Origin: Candidatus Aenigmatarchaeota archaeon | GTDB taxonomy: Archaea; Aenigmatarchaeota; Aenigmatarchaeia; GW2011-AR5; GCA-2688965 | Assembly: GCA_043813745.1 (NCBI GenBank) | Contig: JBDRKV010000068.1 | Location: 1 to 39,255, forward strand | DNA: 39,255 nt | Direction of reading: 5' to 3' | Part shown: positions 1-9,175 of the stretch, in pieces | Layout of the letters: every line of letters starts with the position of its first letter | Numbering within the stretch: position 1 is the first letter of the stretch | Made by a program: the position numbers and the translations under genes | The notes under the pieces: model-generated | Databases searched by the model: none | What the model was told of the DNA's origin: nothing | The model's input: the letters and a program-made list of their open reading frames with translations, nothing else

Positions 1-494
1 ATCATCACTGTCGTCATTGCTCCCATTAGTCCTCCCATTAAACCTGCCATCAGGCCTTCCAGGATTGACATTATTCCGCAACATCTTGTGCACCATGCGC
101 CTATGAACATACCGAGCAACATGCCATAAACCGAGCCCATAAACATACCATTGGTTGCTCCTATGATTGCTCCCAGCAAGAAACCTGACAGCATACCTAT
201 GGTCATTCCAGCCATCATGCCCAGAGAGCAGTCAAACGTGTGGCGATATGCCTTGATATGCCACACGCCCATACCGATAACAACAACCGATATCATGATA
301 TAATACGTGTACATATCGTACCTCAGTGCAAAGTCCGGAATGCTGTTTGAAAAACCGAATGAGAGCATCTTTATCGCGAAAAATATTATCGCAAACGAGA
401 TTGCCCCCAGTTGCAGCATCTGGTTCTCCACGTAAAGCCTGCCTGCGCTTGATACGGGTTGCCTGGTAATATTTGGTTTAGCATCATCAGCCAT
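1..494 (-). CDS. Met/Gly-rich multi-pass membrane protein, 3'-truncated by window edge (possibly metal/copper-related)
   Basis: Not in the ORF track. Manual translation from ATG at 494 (GTGA RBS upstream): MADDAKPNIT...CSLGMMAGMTIGMLSGFLLGAIIGATNGMFMGSVYGMLLGMFIGAWCTRCCGIMSILEGLMAGLMGGLMGAMTTVM; the frame stays open to position 1. Confidence 0.8.
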   Translation of the reverse strand, partial: MADDAKPNITRQPVSSAGRLYVENQMLQLGAISFAIIFFAIKMLSFGFSNSIPDFALRYDMYTYYIMISVVVIGMGVWHIKAYRHTFDCSLGMMAGMTIGMLSGFLLGAIIGATNGMFMGSVYGMLLGMFIGAWCTRCCGIMSILEGLMAGLMGGLMGAMTTVM

Positions 495-553
495 CTTATC
501 ACTTCATTATCCATGGGATGAAACAACATATATCCTATAGCATGAAACTAGTT

Positions 554-1078
554 TCATTGAGAATTTGGGTGATTACTTTTCAACATGACGACATTGGACA
601 TTCCCCTGCGCCTTCTCTCGATTACGCCCTGGACTTCCAGCCTGTCCAGAATCCTCGTAATCTTGACTTTTGGAAATCCTGTACTGCCCACCAGCTCTGA
701 CTGGAATATCGTGCCTTTTGATTCTATTATTTTTTCCAGCACGAGCTTTTCTTCGTTACCGAGTTTTTTCATTATTTCCTGGTAATTTTCTTTGGTGATT
801 TCCCTGGGTTCGAGCTGCTTGTGCACGGTCTTTATCCTTGTAATTATTTTTTTCTCCTCGCCGAAGAAAACCAGGTACAATCCGATTACTATTACAAATA
901 TCATAATTGCTATGCTCATATTTGTCTGAAAATCAATGCTGCCCCACATCGGGCATGTCTGCCCGTGCGAGCATGTTGCCTCAATTATACTGGACATTGT
1001 TATGTTGAATGAAAAAATTATAAAGCCTATCAGAATTGCGATGCCGATTATCAGTAATCCGACAATACGATTTCTCAT
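554..1078 (-). CDS. Membrane-anchored winged-HTH protein (2 TM + C-terminal MarR-like wHTH, COG2512-like)
   Basis: Two hydrophobic segments flank the loop TCSHGQTCPM; C-terminal IFQSELVGSTGFPKVKITRILDRLEVQGVIERRRRGMSN is a wHTH. Likely start MRNR at 1078 (track start 1096). Confidence 0.75.
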   Translation of the reverse strand: MRNRIVGLLIIGIAILIGFIIFSFNITMSSIIEATCSHGQTCPMWGSIDFQTNMSIAIMIFVIVIGLYLVFFGEEKKIITRIKTVHKQLEPREITKENYQEIMKKLGNEEKLVLEKIIESKGTIFQSELVGSTGFPKVKITRILDRLEVQGVIERRRRGMSNVVMLKSNHPNSQ

Positions 1079-1130
1079 GCATATAAACCGATACAACTAC
1101 TTTTAAGCGTTATAATTAATGTCGTTAAAA

Positions 1131-1712
1131 TTAGTATTCCTCGCATTTCAGCTGGTAGAAGCCGCGCTCGTGGTCGCATGAAGGGCATTTTTCAGGCGGT
1201 TCCTTGCCGAAATGCATGTAGCCGCATTCGCGGCATACCCACCATACTTCTTTGTCTTTCTTGAACGCGCGTCCGTCCTCGACTACTTTCAATAATTTCT
1301 TGAAGCGCTCTTCGTGGTGCTTTTCTGCCATGGCTATTGCACGAAACTTTGCAGCGATTGCCTGCAGCTTCTCGCCTTCGGCTATGTTCGCAAACTCCGG
1401 GTACATCTTGGTTGTTTCATAGTTTTCTCCAGCTGCGGCTGCTGAAAGATTTTCTTTAGTCGTACCGAGGACAGCGGGCACGTCTGCATCTATTTTTATC
1501 TCGTCAGTGAATTTTCCTTTCTTTTTGAGGTCGATTATCATTTTGAAAATCTTGCTGGCGTGCTCGCGCTCGTTGTCTGCTGTTATGAGGAATATCTCGG
1601 CTATCTGCTCAAAGCCTTCTTTCTTGGCGATCTTGGCATACATTGTATATCTATTGCGGGCTTGCGATTCGCCTACGAATGCCTTGGCTAGATTTTGAAT
1701 TGTGAGCTCCAT
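1131..1712 (-). CDS. rbr: Rubrerythrin
   Basis: [19 protein letters not shown] and AEKHH diiron motifs; C-terminal rubredoxin-like CRECG...CPSC. Confidence 0.96.
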   Translation of the reverse strand: MELTIQNLAKAFVGESQARNRYTMYAKIAKKEGFEQIAEIFLITADNEREHASKIFKMIIDLKKKGKFTDEIKIDADVPAVLGTTKENLSAAAAGENYETTKMYPEFANIAEGEKLQAIAAKFRAIAMAEKHHEERFKKLLKVVEDGRAFKKDKEVWWVCRECGYMHFGKEPPEKCPSCDHERGFYQLKCEEY

Positions 1713-1760
1713 GAAAACACCTGTTATATCCTATATATTAGGATTTTTAAATTTGAAAAC

Positions 1761-2159
1761 TTAGAACGGTATCATGCTGGCGATCATGAACGGGACACCG
1801 AAATAGTTCATGACAGCGTATATCGCGAATGCTATGATAGCGATGACGGCTTTTTTCTTTGCATCGGCTTTCAGCAAAAGTTCTCCAAGTATTATCCAAA
1901 CCACAAGCGGGATGACGTACAACGCCACTAGTCGGTCAAAATATCCGGCAAGACCTATGGCGCTTATAATAAGCGGGGTCAAGAAATACGCGCCGAATGC
2001 CATTATGGCAGAGTGCTTGATGTTCGTGTTATGTGATATTATATAATCAGCAATGACTATTGCGATTATCATGAGAATAGCTGTTATTGCAAGCGAGATA
2101 GCGCCACCAATAGTGAGCGGTATGGGCAGCATGTATGCGATCGATACCAAATCAACCAT
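1761..2159 (-). CDS. Small multi-pass membrane protein, unknown function
   Basis: 132 aa with about four hydrophobic segments. Confidence 0.7.
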   Translation of the reverse strand: MVDLVSIAYMLPIPLTIGGAISLAITAILMIIAIVIADYIISHNTNIKHSAIMAFGAYFLTPLIISAIGLAGYFDRLVALYVIPLVVWIILGELLLKADAKKKAVIAIIAFAIYAVMNYFGVPFMIASMIPF

Positions 2160-2217
2160 AATTAATAGTTGAAAATGGCAGTATATAAAATTAAAAATCA
2201 GCTATTTTAAAAAATGG

Positions 2218-4026
2218 CTATTTCTTTTTCTTCTTTTCAAGCTTCTTTTTTATGAATTCGGCTGCCTTCTTCGCATGCACGCGGCCGTTAGTCTGCTTCA
2301 TGAGCATGCCCATTATTGCAGACACGGACTTCGTAGACGCGCTCTCGAAGACTTTATCAACGAGCTTTTCTATCTGGCTGTCGGTCATTGCATATATTTT
2401 CTTCGCATTTATCTGCCTGCCCTGAGCCAGGTCTTTTAGGACGTCAGGTACCATGTTCTTGGATATTCGCTGCTCTTTGACCATCCTAAAGATGTCATCT
2501 AACTGTTCTTTTGTTATCCTGCTTACATCCATGTGCTCGCGCTTGAGCCTCTTCATCGTAGATAGCAGGGTGTTTGCAACTAGTATCGGGTCGTAGCCTA
2601 CTATGGTCTTGAACATGTCATAGTACTCGGACGTGAGCATCTGGTGGGCTAGCTCCTTTGGCAGCTTGCTCTCCAGGAATTCTTTTCTTTCTTCCAGTGT
2701 TTCAGGCTTTTCCACAACATCCAGGTCTTTTTCCGTTATTGCTATAGGTTTTACGTCTGTTTCAGGATACATCCGGTCCGAGCCAGGCAATGGCCGTGCA
2801 TACTTACTTGTTGTGTCTGGCATGGCTATGCGGGTTTCCTTGGGCACGCCTAACAAACAGTGCAGACATCGCTCCTTGATTGCATGCATGGCTTTGTCAG
2901 CGCCGTGGCCTGCCACTATAACCACGACATCGTCTTTTCCGGCATTCATTTCATCACGCAAACTTTCAAATTCTTTTTCCAGCTTGTATTTTGAAAGATC
3001 TTCGTCTGTGTGTATGATTCCTTTCGGGCCGTATGCCTCTGCATAATAAGCAAGCTCTTTGCCGAACGTGTGGCCTCCACAATGCTTCTTTAATAAACCA
3101 GCAAACTTGGGCAGGACCATTGCAAAGACGTGTTCATTATTCTTTATCGTGTCAGCCAGGAACTTGCATTCGGTTTTTTCAAAGATGTGCGTAACGTTCT
3201 TGTGCACACTGATTTCCTTGAATCCGCGCTTTTCCAGTTCGCTTTTTATTTCCAGCAATGACAATTGCCTGGCAACTTCTTTTTCAACAAGCTCTGGCAT
3301 CTGCTTAATTTCCTGGAAGCCCTTTATCTCCACGCGGCTGCCGCGGGTGATTGAGACATTCACGTCCTGCCTGATTGAGCCAATGCCGCGCTGTATTTTC
3401 GTCGTTCTCAATGCATTGCCAAGCTTGTATGCAAGCTCCAATGCTTCGTCTGGCGTGCTTGCTATCGCGCTGGTCGTAATCTCAACCAGTGGTATTGCCA
3501 GACCGTTGAGCTTGTAAATAACCTTGTTGTTTTCATGGTTCTCTATGCGTGATGCCTCTTCTTCCAAGCATATTGTTGGTATCGAAACTTTGCCAAAAGA
3601 TGTTTCAATTAATCCGTTCATGCCTACAATTGCCGTGCGCTGAAATCCGCCTGTATTGCTGCCGTCTATCACGGTCTTGCGCATGAAGTGTATCTCATCA
3701 ACAACGTTTGCATTAAGCAATTTGCATATCTGCAAGACAACATTCAATGCCTCTCTATTGACGTCGTGCGGCGGCTCCTCGTCTTCTTCGACAAGGCAGG
3801 ATTCATTGGGATATAATTTGTAAACAAAAGAACGGTTTTTGAAATATTCATGCAGCGCTGCCGGATCAATTGCGCCCAGCTCGCCTGCTACAGGGCGTAG
3901 CTTGCGATTAATTTCTCCGCTTTCGCTATCTTGCTGACTACTGCTGCAGTCGCAAAAAAGTTACTTTGTATTTAATCTTTGGTGGATTTCTATTCCAACT
4001 TTAAGCCCAAGTTTCTTGTATTCCAT
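2218..4026 (-). pseudogene. gatE: Glu-tRNA(Gln) amidotransferase subunit E, full-length frame (602 codons) interrupted by one in-frame TAA at 3961-3963
   Basis: ATG at 4026 reads [26 protein letters not shown]...SCLVEEDEEPPH and continues in frame into the 509-aa track ORF (RKTVIDGSNTGGFQRT, IRQDVNVS, RPLPGSDRMYPETD). Identity is secure; pseudogene status is uncertain and may be a sequence error. Confidence 0.8.
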
Positions 4027-4039
4027 ATAAGACACTACC

Positions 4040-4123
4040 CTGATTTCTGATGAAATCAGTCTCTACAAAGGCATTCATAATAATGCCTTTGAGATGCCAA
4101 AGGAACTTAGTTCCTTTGAGCAT
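4040..4123. repeat. Three back-to-back inverted repeats between gatD and gatE
   Basis: CTGATTTC-tgat-GAAATCAG (4040-4059); CAAAGGCATT-cataat-AATGCCTTTG (4066-4091); CAAAGGAAC-tta-GTTCCTTTG (4098-4118, extendable by ATGC/GCAT). Confidence 0.85.
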
Positions 4124-4190
4124 AGACCATATTATTTCTCATCCACTTCCTATAATCATCTTTTCCAAACAATTGTCGTCAAGATATTAT

Positions 4191-5543
4191 TCAGTACAAA
4201 AATGTATCCGGCAAACTGCGCGGACTGATTTCTCCAGCAATGTTCGTTAACATCATCTGCTTTACTTTCTCTATATCTTTCGCTACGTCTTTGTGACCCA
4301 GAACCCAGCCCAGCTTGACGTACGCTGTTTCCGGGAGCATGTCCTCAAGCGGGACGACGCCCGCTTGGATCAGGATGCGGCCACTGGAATATACGTTCAT
4401 GTTGAGGCGGCCGTATAGTGTCTGTGGCACGAAGAATACAGGGATTCCTTTTTTTGTCGCTGAGCTAATCGCGCTTAGCCAGCTGTTTTTTCCACTAACA
4501 TTTACGTGGCCTAAACCTGTAGCTTCAATAACAAAGCCCTTGCAGCTATTTTTTATGTAATGGTCGATAATGTTTGGGTTTGAGCCTGGATAAAACTTGA
4601 TGAGTGCAATGTTTTCTTCAAACACATCATCTAAAACAACTTTTTCATCGCTGCGTCTCCTGTAATTACCTAAAAATTCTGTTTTTCCATCTGGAAAAAC
4701 TTTTGCAATAGGCAAGTCGTTAATAGGCCTGAATGCGTCCCTGCGGGACGCGTGCATTTTACGTACCTTGCTGCCCCTGCTGAAGATACAATAGTCATCT
4801 GACGAAGACGAGTGCATGCAAATACCAACTTCGGCTGCGTCGCTTATGGCAATGCGCGCTGCACAAATGAGATTCATTGATGCATCGCTGCTCGGGCGGT
4901 CTGTTGAGCGCTGGCTGCCTACGAGAACGACTGGTTTATTGAGATTTTTCAGGAAAAACGAGAGCGCTGCTGATGTGTAATGTAGGATATCTGTGCCGTG
5001 CGTGACGATGACGCCTTTTATCTCGTCTTTGTTGAGCTCTTTGGCCACTGTTTTAGCCAGTTCGATCCAGTCCGAGGGGGTCATGTTTTCGCTCATCTTC
5101 CGAAAGGGAGAAACAATGCTTACGACATTAACAAAATCCGCGAGTTCCGGCGCTGTGACAAGCAATTCTGCTGGATCCATCAAGCTGACCACGCCGCCGG
5201 TTGCGTAATCCACCTTGGATGTGATGGTTCCGCCTGTTGTCACTAACGACACTGCTGGCTTGGACTCGTCAAAATGCAATGCTGATGCTTTATGCGTGCC
5301 GACTTCCACGGCCCTTTTTTCCAGGAGCTGGATTTCAGCGCCTTTTTCATAATGCACTCCGACGTTATAGCCGTTTTCCAGCTTAACGACGATTGCGTCT
5401 GGGTTGCCGGCTGATTTTGGCATGAGAAAGCCGACAAACGCCTTTCCGTTTTTGGAAAAGCCTATTTTATCGCCTATTTTGGCGGTTTTAAGGGCTTTCT
5501 GCACGGCTTCGCTGTAGCCATCCGGGCTGCTTGGAGAAGGCAT
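4191..5543 (-). CDS. gatD: Glu-tRNA(Gln) amidotransferase subunit D
   Basis: N-terminal VVKLENGYNVG; asparaginase-like TTGGTITSKVDY, THGTDILHY, GSQRSTDRPSSD, KMHASRRDAF; adjacent to gatE. Confidence 0.97.
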   Translation of the reverse strand: MPSPSSPDGYSEAVQKALKTAKIGDKIGFSKNGKAFVGFLMPKSAGNPDAIVVKLENGYNVGVHYEKGAEIQLLEKRAVEVGTHKASALHFDESKPAVSLVTTGGTITSKVDYATGGVVSLMDPAELLVTAPELADFVNVVSIVSPFRKMSENMTPSDWIELAKTVAKELNKDEIKGVIVTHGTDILHYTSAALSFFLKNLNKPVVLVGSQRSTDRPSSDASMNLICAARIAISDAAEVGICMHSSSSDDYCIFSRGSKVRKMHASRRDAFRPINDLPIAKVFPDGKTEFLGNYRRRSDEKVVLDDVFEENIALIKFYPGSNPNIIDHYIKNSCKGFVIEATGLGHVNVSGKNSWLSAISSATKKGIPVFFVPQTLYGRLNMNVYSSGRILIQAGVVPLEDMLPETAYVKLGWVLGHKDVAKDIEKVKQMMLTNIAGEISPRSLPDTFLY

Positions 5544-5582
5544 AGTATATCATAGATAGCTTGAATTAAAAAAGCATCTGCA

Positions 5583-5846
5583 TTAGTGATAGGCTTCATC
5601 ATGATGTGCCAGATTCTGAAGAATCACGGTTTTGTTTTTCTCATCGATTGAAAATATCAAAACAAAACTCTTCAGAATATGAACCCTTCTCATATGTTCC
5701 ATGGGGCTGCGAAGCGGTTTGTAATGATATGGGTTCTGTAATATTTCTTCGACCTTACTGTTAAGCGCTTCTGCGAGAGGCTTGTTCTTCTTTGCAAGCT
5801 TCTCCGTTTTCTTTTGCATGAGAGGCGATAGAAGAGGCGAGTACAT
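5583..5846 (-). CDS. Type II toxin, RelE/YafQ-like mRNA interferase
   Basis: 87 aa, basic; NPYHYKPLRSPMEHMRRVHILKSFVLIF and terminal HHDEAY; immediately downstream of the antitoxin. Confidence 0.85.
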   Translation of the reverse strand: MYSPLLSPLMQKKTEKLAKKNKPLAEALNSKVEEILQNPYHYKPLRSPMEHMRRVHILKSFVLIFSIDEKNKTVILQNLAHHDEAYH

Positions 5847-5850
5847 GCGC

Positions 5851-6087
5851 TCAATCCTCTAATCCGAGATGCTTTGCAAAATTCTTTACGCGAATAGGCT
5901 TTTCTTTTTCTATTTTCTTTAGCTTCTCAATGAACTCCGGCTTGAACTCTGGTTCAAGAATCTCCTCTTCATACTGCATTGCCATAAGGTTAATGGCCTG
6001 GGATTTATCCTGCAGGCTGAACTTGGCTTTTACCACGTTTAGCACTCTATTTGCGTGCTCGTCTATGTCCACCATTGCTTTTACCAT
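5851..6087 (-). CDS. Antitoxin, DUF2683-like (putative ribbon-helix-helix)
   Basis: MVKAMVDIDEHANRVLNVVKAKFSLQDKSQAIN...EEEILEPEFKPEFIEKLKKI; likely start at 6087. Confidence 0.8.
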   Translation of the reverse strand: MVKAMVDIDEHANRVLNVVKAKFSLQDKSQAINLMAMQYEEEILEPEFKPEFIEKLKKIEKEKPIRVKNFAKHLGLED

Positions 6088-6107
6088 ACGCAACACCAAA
6101 TATATAT

Positions 6108-6140
6108 CATATATATAACATATATATAACATATATATAA
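6108..6140. promoter_or_regulatory. Three tandem 11-bp CATATATATAA repeats over the TA promoter (putative operator/TATA)
   Basis: Exact copies at 6108-6118, 6119-6129 and 6130-6140, 21-53 nt upstream of the antitoxin start. Confidence 0.6.
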
Positions 6141-6238
6141 AGCTTTCGATGACTATTTCTGACTAAAAATATAGACGCTGCACAATAGAAATCTTTAAAA
6201 GGCATTATTTACTAAGTAGTAGTAACTAAGTGATAATT

Positions 6239-7003
6239 ATGGGAAAAAGAAACGAGCGCGTGGAATACGTTGGCAGAAGCATAGCAAAAGCCCAGAGTGA
6301 TACTGGTGGAAAGGTGAAACTCGCCAGATGGGCTGGCGCGCAATTACTCAAATTTCTATATTCTGGTGTGGAAGACGTCATGCGCGGAGGCGCGGGCGCA
6401 ATGCTGAACTATGAAACATTTGACGTGCCTCAGTTGGAAAAACAACAGACTAATTTGACACAAGATTATGAAAGGCTAGAAAGAGATATGCATGCATATG
6501 AGACTGCTTATATCATCAATCCGATACCAGAGACAAAGATGCAGATAGAAAGCACAATAAGAAGGATGCAGAGCGTTGAGAAAAAGATTGAAGCCCTTCA
6601 AGCGAGAATAAACAGGTACAGACAAAAGCCTGAAGGCAAGGGCCTTCGCGCTGATTTCATCGGAAGCGACGGGGCTTCGCTGCTTGACGGACGATATATG
6701 GAAATGTACAAAGGCGTGCCTGTTGAGTATGTGACTGAATTGAGAAACAGCAAAGGACAAAGGCTTGCTGGCAGGCGCCTGCCTGACAGGATCCAGATAA
6801 AGCCTGGGCTGGATGAGATGCGCGAAGATTTTGAAGCGTATACGTTAGAGCACGAATTCCAGCACGGTGATGATGAGGCAAGCGAACTAGATGTTATTTT
6901 AAGGACGCTTGGACACTTTAGGGAAACTGGAGACGAAAGACTTGAAAAAATAGCAAAAGATGTGTATGAAAATTATATGGATGATACTACTAGCATGAAT
7001 TAG
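6239..7003 (+). CDS. Hypothetical protein with coiled coil and C-terminal HExxH (zincin-like) motif
   Basis: Heptad-rich middle region; YTLEHEFQHGDDEASE; ATG at 6239 after GTGAT. Confidence 0.6.
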   Translation: MGKRNERVEYVGRSIAKAQSDTGGKVKLARWAGAQLLKFLYSGVEDVMRGGAGAMLNYETFDVPQLEKQQTNLTQDYERLERDMHAYETAYIINPIPETKMQIESTIRRMQSVEKKIEALQARINRYRQKPEGKGLRADFIGSDGASLLDGRYMEMYKGVPVEYVTELRNSKGQRLAGRRLPDRIQIKPGLDEMREDFEAYTLEHEFQHGDDEASELDVILRTLGHFRETGDERLEKIAKDVYENYMDDTTSMN

Positions 7004-7011
7004 GTGATGAT

Positions 7012-7566
7012 ATGCACAAATACGTAAGTGCGGGATTGAAGGTTCTTGGCGGCTCGGCCGCAGCCGGCGCGCTGTGGTTCGGCCTTGGAGAGAGCGGGCT
7101 GGATGTGATGAACAAACATTATCTTGCACGGATACTTCCGGATGCAGCTTTCGCAACTGGTGTTGGCACTGCATATGTTGGTTTGCAAAGAGAACGCGCA
7201 CGCGTAGAAGGCCGTGTGTATGGATTTCTGGAAGGCGTAAAGGATTTTGCATTGTCTGCGCTTGCAGGCGCGACTGCATACGAGATGTGGGAGTGCGTAG
7301 GACTAATACCGTCTATGCATGAAGCATTGCGTGATAAGGTTATAGGCGACCTTGCAAAAGAAACATTCAAAGGCCAGGGAAGCGTGTTAGATGCTGTGGG
7401 CGCGACTGCATTGGCGACTGCAACAAAAGGCGTAATCCGTACAGCTGGTCCTTTTAAAAATTTTGTGGACTCGTTTGTAGGCATTGATGACAGGCCTGTC
7501 AGCGAGCGAGAGATGCGCGAAATGGAAGCAATGGTGCAATTCGACAGCGAGCATCCACCATTTTGA
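7012..7566 (+). CDS. Hypothetical Gly/Ala-rich membrane-associated protein
   Basis: GGTGA RBS; several small-residue hydrophobic segments. Confidence 0.65.
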   Translation: MHKYVSAGLKVLGGSAAAGALWFGLGESGLDVMNKHYLARILPDAAFATGVGTAYVGLQRERARVEGRVYGFLEGVKDFALSALAGATAYEMWECVGLIPSMHEALRDKVIGDLAKETFKGQGSVLDAVGATALATATKGVIRTAGPFKNFVDSFVGIDDRPVSEREMREMEAMVQFDSEHPPF

Positions 7567-7589
7567 TTAGGTGATACTAAGGTGATAAT

Positions 7590-8495
7590 ATGCTTGTGGA
7601 TAAAGAACTCCAAAAAGATATGTTGAGAAGTGCTCTTGAACCAATAGAATCAATGGTAAGAAGTGGATCTATAGACCCGCAAACAGCCATTGGTTTGGTA
7701 ATTAAAGCTGTTGGTCAGTTTTCTGATGAGAATTACAAACCAGAATATAAGAGATTTAGAGAAAATATGGGTAAAATTTTCGAAAATGAATTATTTTTTG
7801 ATGCGGGTTATCGTTCTGGTTCAGCAATAGGTTTTAAATATAGAGAATCTTCTCATACAGATTCTCACTTCCTCTTTAAATTATATGAACATTTGAGAGG
7901 AAGAGAATATGATTCACCAGAACAGCTAAAAAAAGCAATGCAAGAACTTTTAGAAAATAAGAGATTGTTAGAAGTTGGCTGTGGCCCTGGATTTGGATTA
8001 AAAGTTTTCCAAAATTTGGGCGCAAAGGCAACAGGGATAGAACTAAGAGGCGATTATGGAGGAAGGATTCCAAATCTCGATATTCGCTATGGAAATGCAA
8101 TAAATCTTGATAAACTATGTAAAGATGAAGAATTTGATATAATCTATTCACAGGACTTTTTTGCTCAAGCTTGCATTGATGAAAGGGATGCCAATAGAGT
8201 AGCCAAAGCCATGTATAACAGAACTAAAGATGGTGGACAGGGTATTCATCTAGTAACCTACGAACAAATTCATCCTTTTGTGGCTGAGTTTGGTGGTTGG
8301 TTAGACGCGTTTCAGAAAGGGCAAGATCTAGAACGATGGCAGAGATTGTATGATAATTTAAGCGATGAAGAAAGAGAAGAAGAGCTATGGACTAATAGAG
8401 CATCGCTTGATCCACAATATTTAGCAAGGCAGGGGTTCAAAATCATAGAGTATGGAATTGAAGACGGGGATTTAGTTATAGTTACGAAAAAATAA
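7590..8495 (+). CDS. Class I SAM-dependent methyltransferase
   Basis: Motif I LLEVGCGPG, GIE motif II, GNA, FDIIYS; GGTGA RBS; visibly AT-richer than neighbours. Confidence 0.85.
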   Translation: MLVDKELQKDMLRSALEPIESMVRSGSIDPQTAIGLVIKAVGQFSDENYKPEYKRFRENMGKIFENELFFDAGYRSGSAIGFKYRESSHTDSHFLFKLYEHLRGREYDSPEQLKKAMQELLENKRLLEVGCGPGFGLKVFQNLGAKATGIELRGDYGGRIPNLDIRYGNAINLDKLCKDEEFDIIYSQDFFAQACIDERDANRVAKAMYNRTKDGGQGIHLVTYEQIHPFVAEFGGWLDAFQKGQDLERWQRLYDNLSDEEREEELWTNRASLDPQYLARQGFKIIEYGIEDGDLVIVTKK

Positions 8496-8563
8496 ATTTC
8501 TGAGGCGAATACGCAACAAAAAGCGCTAATTAATCTTTTTATTCAGCCATTCAAATAATAATC

Positions 8564-9163
8564 ATGGCATTTGAGATAACGCAGCTATTGTTCGGCGATA
8601 TACTGCGCTGCGACTGGTGCCTTGCGCACCAGACTGGAAATATAATGGAAGACGTTGTGATGCTGTTTCTGCTTCCGACCATAATACTCATACTCTTTGT
8701 ATATGTTTTGCTGAAGGACCTGAAGATAATCCCGAACAAGATGATGAGGCTGCTGCTCGGGTTTGCAGTTTACATGTTCGTGATATTCGGCGGGTATTAC
8801 AACATGTTCGCGGAATTAGCAAAAACGTATTTCGTAATACTGATATTTGTACTGGGAATAATGTATTTCGTTGTTGGACATTTCATCAAAGGTCCTGCAA
8901 CTGCTGAGGGCGCTCCTGGCGGAGGCGGCGAGCCCGGGCTAGTACAGAAATACATGGAAAGCGGGCGTGTGAAGCACGACCAGAAGAAGGAGCTGTTGCT
9001 CGTGCGCGACGAGATTAACCATGTCCAGGGCGCGATGTCACACATAAACCCCGGAGACATCAATTCCAATGCAGTGCGCGCGCAGTTTGAATTGCAATTA
9101 AACCAGCTGAAGAGAAAAGAAAAGGAGCTTCTCATTGAGATGGGCAAGATACGCGTACATTGA
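8564..9163 (+). CDS. Membrane protein (about 3 TM) with C-terminal coiled coil
   Basis: Hydrophobic N-half with FLLPTII; Gly/Pro linker; helical tail. Confidence 0.7.
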   Translation: MAFEITQLLFGDILRCDWCLAHQTGNIMEDVVMLFLLPTIILILFVYVLLKDLKIIPNKMMRLLLGFAVYMFVIFGGYYNMFAELAKTYFVILIFVLGIMYFVVGHFIKGPATAEGAPGGGGEPGLVQKYMESGRVKHDQKKELLLVRDEINHVQGAMSHINPGDINSNAVRAQFELQLNQLKRKEKELLIEMGKIRVH

Positions 9164-9175
9164 CGAGGGTTTATT

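Noticed and set aside
3961-3963. Alternative genetic code (TAA reassigned)
   Set aside because: TAA terminates well-conserved genes (rbr, fen, albA) at their expected ends; only one interrupted gene was seen
4050-4250. 66-aa + strand ORF over the gatD-gatE spacer
   Set aside because: Antisense to gatD end, runs through palindromes, no protein-like features
6099-6140. CRISPR array
   Set aside because: Short contiguous AT repeats without spacers; no cas genes and no repeat-spacer pattern noticed anywhere in the window
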